DNA of 64,000 nt from Orbicella franksi. Taxonomy: Eukaryota. Below the pieces are notes generated by a model, which did not search any database, was not told the DNA's origin, and worked only from the letters and a program-made list of their open reading frames with translations. The DNA is taken from positions 11,346,001 to 11,410,000 of the forward strand of contig OZ116709.1 in NCBI GenBank assembly GCA_964199315.1, given 5' to 3'. Positions within the stretch are counted from its first letter, which is position 1. Each line of letters starts with the position of its first letter. Both the position numbers and the translations under genes were made by a program. This document shows positions 60,248-64,000 of this stretch, piece by piece.

Positions 60248-61228
60248 ATGGGCAAGGGATTGTTGTTTGCGCTAGTTCGCAGAGGCTCAAAGTTAAACTA
60301 TCTAGATGATACAGGTAACAAGCAGTCTGAACGCGAAGGGAAAGTCCATTATGAAAAAGCGAAGTCACGCTTTCAAGTGAGCGCTAAAAATGAAACGACA
60401 GGCAATAATGTACGTGAAGGGAACGATTCTCAACAGCTCACAGCATTGAAGGAAGGAAGAAGTACGAGAAAAAAGCTGTTTGATTTGACTTTACGGAAGC
60501 TTTCCAAAGGGTGTAAGATGAATCGGCATTCACCTGCTTGTTCAAATAACACTATATCGACGGAGAATGCTTTTGGACAGGGAGATATGAAGTCTGTTCA
60601 TCGCAGTAAACCTATGCTGGTACCAAGTGTGGCTAGTGGCTATTTCGTAAACGAATGCGACAGTGCAAGCAAAGAGACTAATTCGAAAGATCACGAAAAA
60701 AACGTGCCACGCATTGTTTTAACAGACCACGATCCTGGTAATACGTCTGCATGTAAATCATTCGAAAATCGTCCACGTGTGCAGTATTCTCGATATGCTG
60801 GTTCTCTACCACAGTTACGAGTCAACGAAAAAACGACACGCCCGCCAAGTTGGAACGGCGATTCCATTTCAAAGCTGAACGATTTCACAGACAGAAGATC
60901 AAAAACTATAAAAAACGGTTTAGAAGTGGAGCAGAGTCCGGGATTCCTCGTGGGAGCCATGGCTATTTCAGTGTCGCCCTCTGCACGGCGTAAAAGTCTT
61001 CGATCGGCGAACTCTTTGCGTCCGAAAAGCCGACAACTTATTAGACCAGGCTCAAGTATCGAGCGCAGAGAAATGGCTGCGACGTCAGACTGCGAGGCTT
61101 TATCTTTCCTAACAAAGGATCACTTTGTGAAGAGAACTAGTTCATGGAGTCGAGGAGATGAGAAAGTTAATGATTTTATTAGTGCCAGACAAAATAGAAA
61201 GATTGATATTTTTCTTCCGACGATGTAA
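60248..61228 (+). CDS. Uncharacterised single-exon, probably disordered, basic Ser-rich protein (326 aa)
   Basis: About 1-kb stop-free frame in AT-rich DNA. First ATG at 60248 (the provided ORF starts at a GTG). No recognisable folded domain. Confidence 0.65.
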   Translation: MGKGLLFALVRRGSKLNYLDDTGNKQSEREGKVHYEKAKSRFQVSAKNETTGNNVREGNDSQQLTALKEGRSTRKKLFDLTLRKLSKGCKMNRHSPACSNNTISTENAFGQGDMKSVHRSKPMLVPSVASGYFVNECDSASKETNSKDHEKNVPRIVLTDHDPGNTSACKSFENRPRVQYSRYAGSLPQLRVNEKTTRPPSWNGDSISKLNDFTDRRSKTIKNGLEVEQSPGFLVGAMAISVSPSARRKSLRSANSLRPKSRQLIRPGSSIERREMAATSDCEALSFLTKDHFVKRTSSWSRGDEKVNDFISARQNRKIDIFLPTM

Positions 61229-61959
61229 CAATGAAAAGCTATGTTCATATCAGTTCATAGGATGTTTTTGTGGCATTAATCGTTTAAAATGCGACGATAC
61301 AAAAGGACAAATTTCATACATACGTAGTATACGGCTACTACAACAACAACAACAACAAAAAAAAAAAAAAAAAAAAAAAACGAAACAAAACACAACAAAT
61401 GAAAAAAAAATTACCCCAAAATTATACTACTCGGCCTCTCCCGATATCATTGAAAAGAGAGTATATGTTTTGTTATCTTTAAGAGCCAACGTTTTAAAAT
61501 GTAACTTACTAAATAAATATAAATAATAAAAATGAATGAAGTATGGAATTTTTAGTACTCTGAGAGCGTATGGCGAGCTTGAATCATGCGATATGATCCT
61601 GTGAAAGTTGATTTCTTTACTAGTTGATTCCTCCCCCTCTTCGAGGAGGGAACGAGAGAACAGGATTAAAATGAGGGATTTAGCCTCCGTCTCTTCGCCT
61701 CCCCCTCCCCCCTACCCCGCCCTCGAAAAGCCCGACACTCAGACTACTATTTGTTCATTGAGTTATTTTTTCACATAACCGCTTTGTTTGAACTAATGTT
61801 TAAACAATCTCGCTTCAACGATGATTAGCCTGCTTAGAAGTGGTACGCATCTGCGGGAAAGCTAGGAAATGATCATCTGTTGTGGAACCAAGTTTACTTA
61901 TAGAAATTAAAGTAAATGACGAAATATAGTCGACTTACTACATTCGCCAAAGGAAAACA

Positions 61960-62179
61960 TACGAACAGGCTCCCGGTTGGGCTTAGGGTTTAGTGCGAGC
62001 TAGCTGAGTGCGGTCTAGGGCGAGCGGGGCTAGCTGAGAGCGGAGTGGTGAGGAGGGGGAACGCGACCAATCGCTTCTCTCGTGGACTTCGCTCGCGGAA
62101 TTCTTTATTTCGTGCTAAATGGCTCACTTCGCTCGCCGAATTTTTTTCCGCCCTCGCTAGGAGCCTGTTTGCAGGCTAG
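61960..62179. repeat. GC-rich MITE-like repeat
   Basis: Inverted ends CGAACAGGCTCC / GGAGCCTGTTTG. Confidence 0.5.
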
Positions 62180-62252
62180 CCTAAGGAATTCAATTCAGTT
62201 AGGATTTGTTAATTGAGTAGTTGTCATTTGGATGTAGAAAAGTATTAAGTAT

Positions 62253-62930
62253 TGCATTACTACACTACACGATTGGCCTAAAAATGCTCGCGGCACTTTT
62301 TCATTTAATCAGAAGTAAAACTAAAACCAATCATGACTCGCTTAGGTACGCGTCAGTTTCATGTAATTGCTTCGAGTTTTGATTGGTTTACTGGGTTTTC
62401 TTTGCCCTTTGTGATTGGTTAGAGTGATTACTTTGGTTTGATTCAAGGGACCGTGTGGACCTTGTGCCTCCGTTTCAAAACGAGTCTTCGTGCAAAACCT
62501 CTCATATTTAAGCAATAGAACACCGTGTTTACATAGCGTCATCTAAACACGAGGAGGGTTCGGAGAATTCGAGACAGTTATGCAAACCCTCGACTACGTT
62601 TCGAGAACTCCCCCAACCCGCGAGTGTTTAGATGAGGCTATGTAAACATGGAAAAAGTGCTCTATTGATTTTATAAAAGTAATTCTCAAAAATACGCGCG
62701 AATCTAAAACGTCACAACGGTGTTTACGTACTCTCATCTAAACACACCTATCGACCAATGAGAGCGCGTGTAGTAGCTCAGTTATTTTATAAATGAAAAT
62801 GAGTCTGATTTTCATGAAAAAACCTCTTGGCGGAACATGTTTTCATATGAATGGTGACGCACGAAGACTACTATAGTTTTGATACAGAGGTAAAAGACAA
62901 CTCGGAAATGGCCTATTGAAAACCACTCTA
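62253..62930. mobile_element. Nested repeat cluster (element inside MITE, probably inside an older repeat)
   Basis: A copy of the 41335-41521 MITE is split at about 62506/62793 by a roughly 285-bp insert that contains its own hairpin (62513-62668). Confidence 0.6.
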
Positions 62931-64000
62931 ACAAACCTTCGAGATAATTTTATCGTTCTGTTTCGATTTAGGCAATTTCTCTACCAGGTCTATCATAATT
63001 ATAATTTTACAGTTCATAGTTGGGAGGTTTTTTTTATTATTTGATTTAGAGGATTCGTTCGCGAGTGCATTTTTTCAACCATTCATTTCCTGGGCGATGC
63101 TGCAACCTCGTGTGCTGTGATGCCTGTGCTCAAATTAAAATGAGAGGTTACCTAGCTCTGAAGGCTTGGTTCCTTTGCTTTGGCGCCCCTCTGTCAACTT
63201 GGCGTCGTCTCAGTGTGTTCCATAGTGAGCCCTGGGAGCGTTGATTTCGGTTCGGTTGAGGCAAGCTCCTGCAGAAATCACAAGCTGCGTGCCATGTAGA
63301 GCTCTTTACAGCCTTAATCTCGACGAGATCTTTAAAGAAGAACATACCATCACTAACGTACCTCAAGAGTTGCAGAACAGCTGAAAGACAGCTGAAATCG
63401 ACAAACCCACGTGGAACGTCAAGCATCACGTAAGTCACAGCTACATTCATTCGTCTTTGTGCAGCTGACTTTTCCTTTGTTTATTTGTCTTAAATTTGAA
63501 TGCGAAGGTTCCACTGCGCTACTAGGGAAGTGTAACGTCGATGGCATGATATCCACATGTAATATTTTGGTCTCGACGAATGATCGCGGTTATCGAACTT
63601 TGTTTTGTCGAGAGGCAGCGTTCTAAGGCCCGTTCCAAACGCCGCTCTATTCATGCGCCGAACCTAACTGATGAGTAAAGTACGGCAGAAGAGCGGCGTT
63701 TGAATCAGTTTGGTTCGGCAGGTTAGGTTTGGTGCGGCCAAAAATATTAAATTCGGCAGGGTCTGTCGCACAATGCGACGCTTGAGTAGACTGCAAAACA
63801 GTCGTATTTTTTGCGAACGCGAGCGACGGTCAATATTCGAACGAAAGGTCCGGAGCGAGTGTAAAAACGGCGAGGGAGAATGGGGACAGACGCTAGAAAA
63901 TACGGCTGTCCGCCATGCATATGTTAAATTCGTTCAAAATTACCCGTTCTTCCAGCAACGGCAAATTCCCATTGGTTTAATTCTGACGCAACCTGTCATC

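Noticed and set aside
63140-63413. ATG-initiated frame with two in-frame TGA codons (possible selenoprotein)
   Set aside because: No redox motif around the TGAs, no SECIS-like hairpin recognised and no homology.

Overview
Eukaryotic, AT-rich, repeat-dense genomic DNA. The gene content and SINE/MITE repeats suggest a stony coral or related anthozoan; this is inferred, not proven. Left to right: (1) a young, full-length BEL/Pao LTR retrotransposon (43-8303, minus strand, 966-bp LTRs with 3 mismatches, CAGAG target-site duplication, one frameshift in the integrase) inside the first intron of WASHC5/strumpellin. (2) WASHC5 exon 1 head-to-head with HAUS7 (augmin subunit 7), with only 76 nt between the start codons. 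(3) HAUS7 (about 11 exons, 9799-22666) carries a complete MFSD6-like transporter gene on the same strand inside one intron. (4) A tandem minus-strand aquaporin cluster (23.8-48.5 kb): three complete four-exon genes (here AQP-A, -B, -D) plus one intact orphan first exon (AQP-C) with no exons 2-4 of its own. The copies have different ar/R selectivity filters (A-H-C-R with NPV, H-L-A-R, F-H-C-R). The orphan exon is in phase with AQP-B exon 2 and would change its filter to S-L-A-R. This is the most interesting candidate system: channel selectivity set by swapping half-pore first exons. (5) Two uncharacterised plus-strand genes: a four-TM protein with six RxxSP repeats, and a disordered protein with a PxIxIT-like motif. 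(6) Many MITEs, tRNA-derived SINEs and microsatellites, and one assembly gap. All gene models were built by eye from splice sites, reading phase and remembered family motifs; no searches were run.
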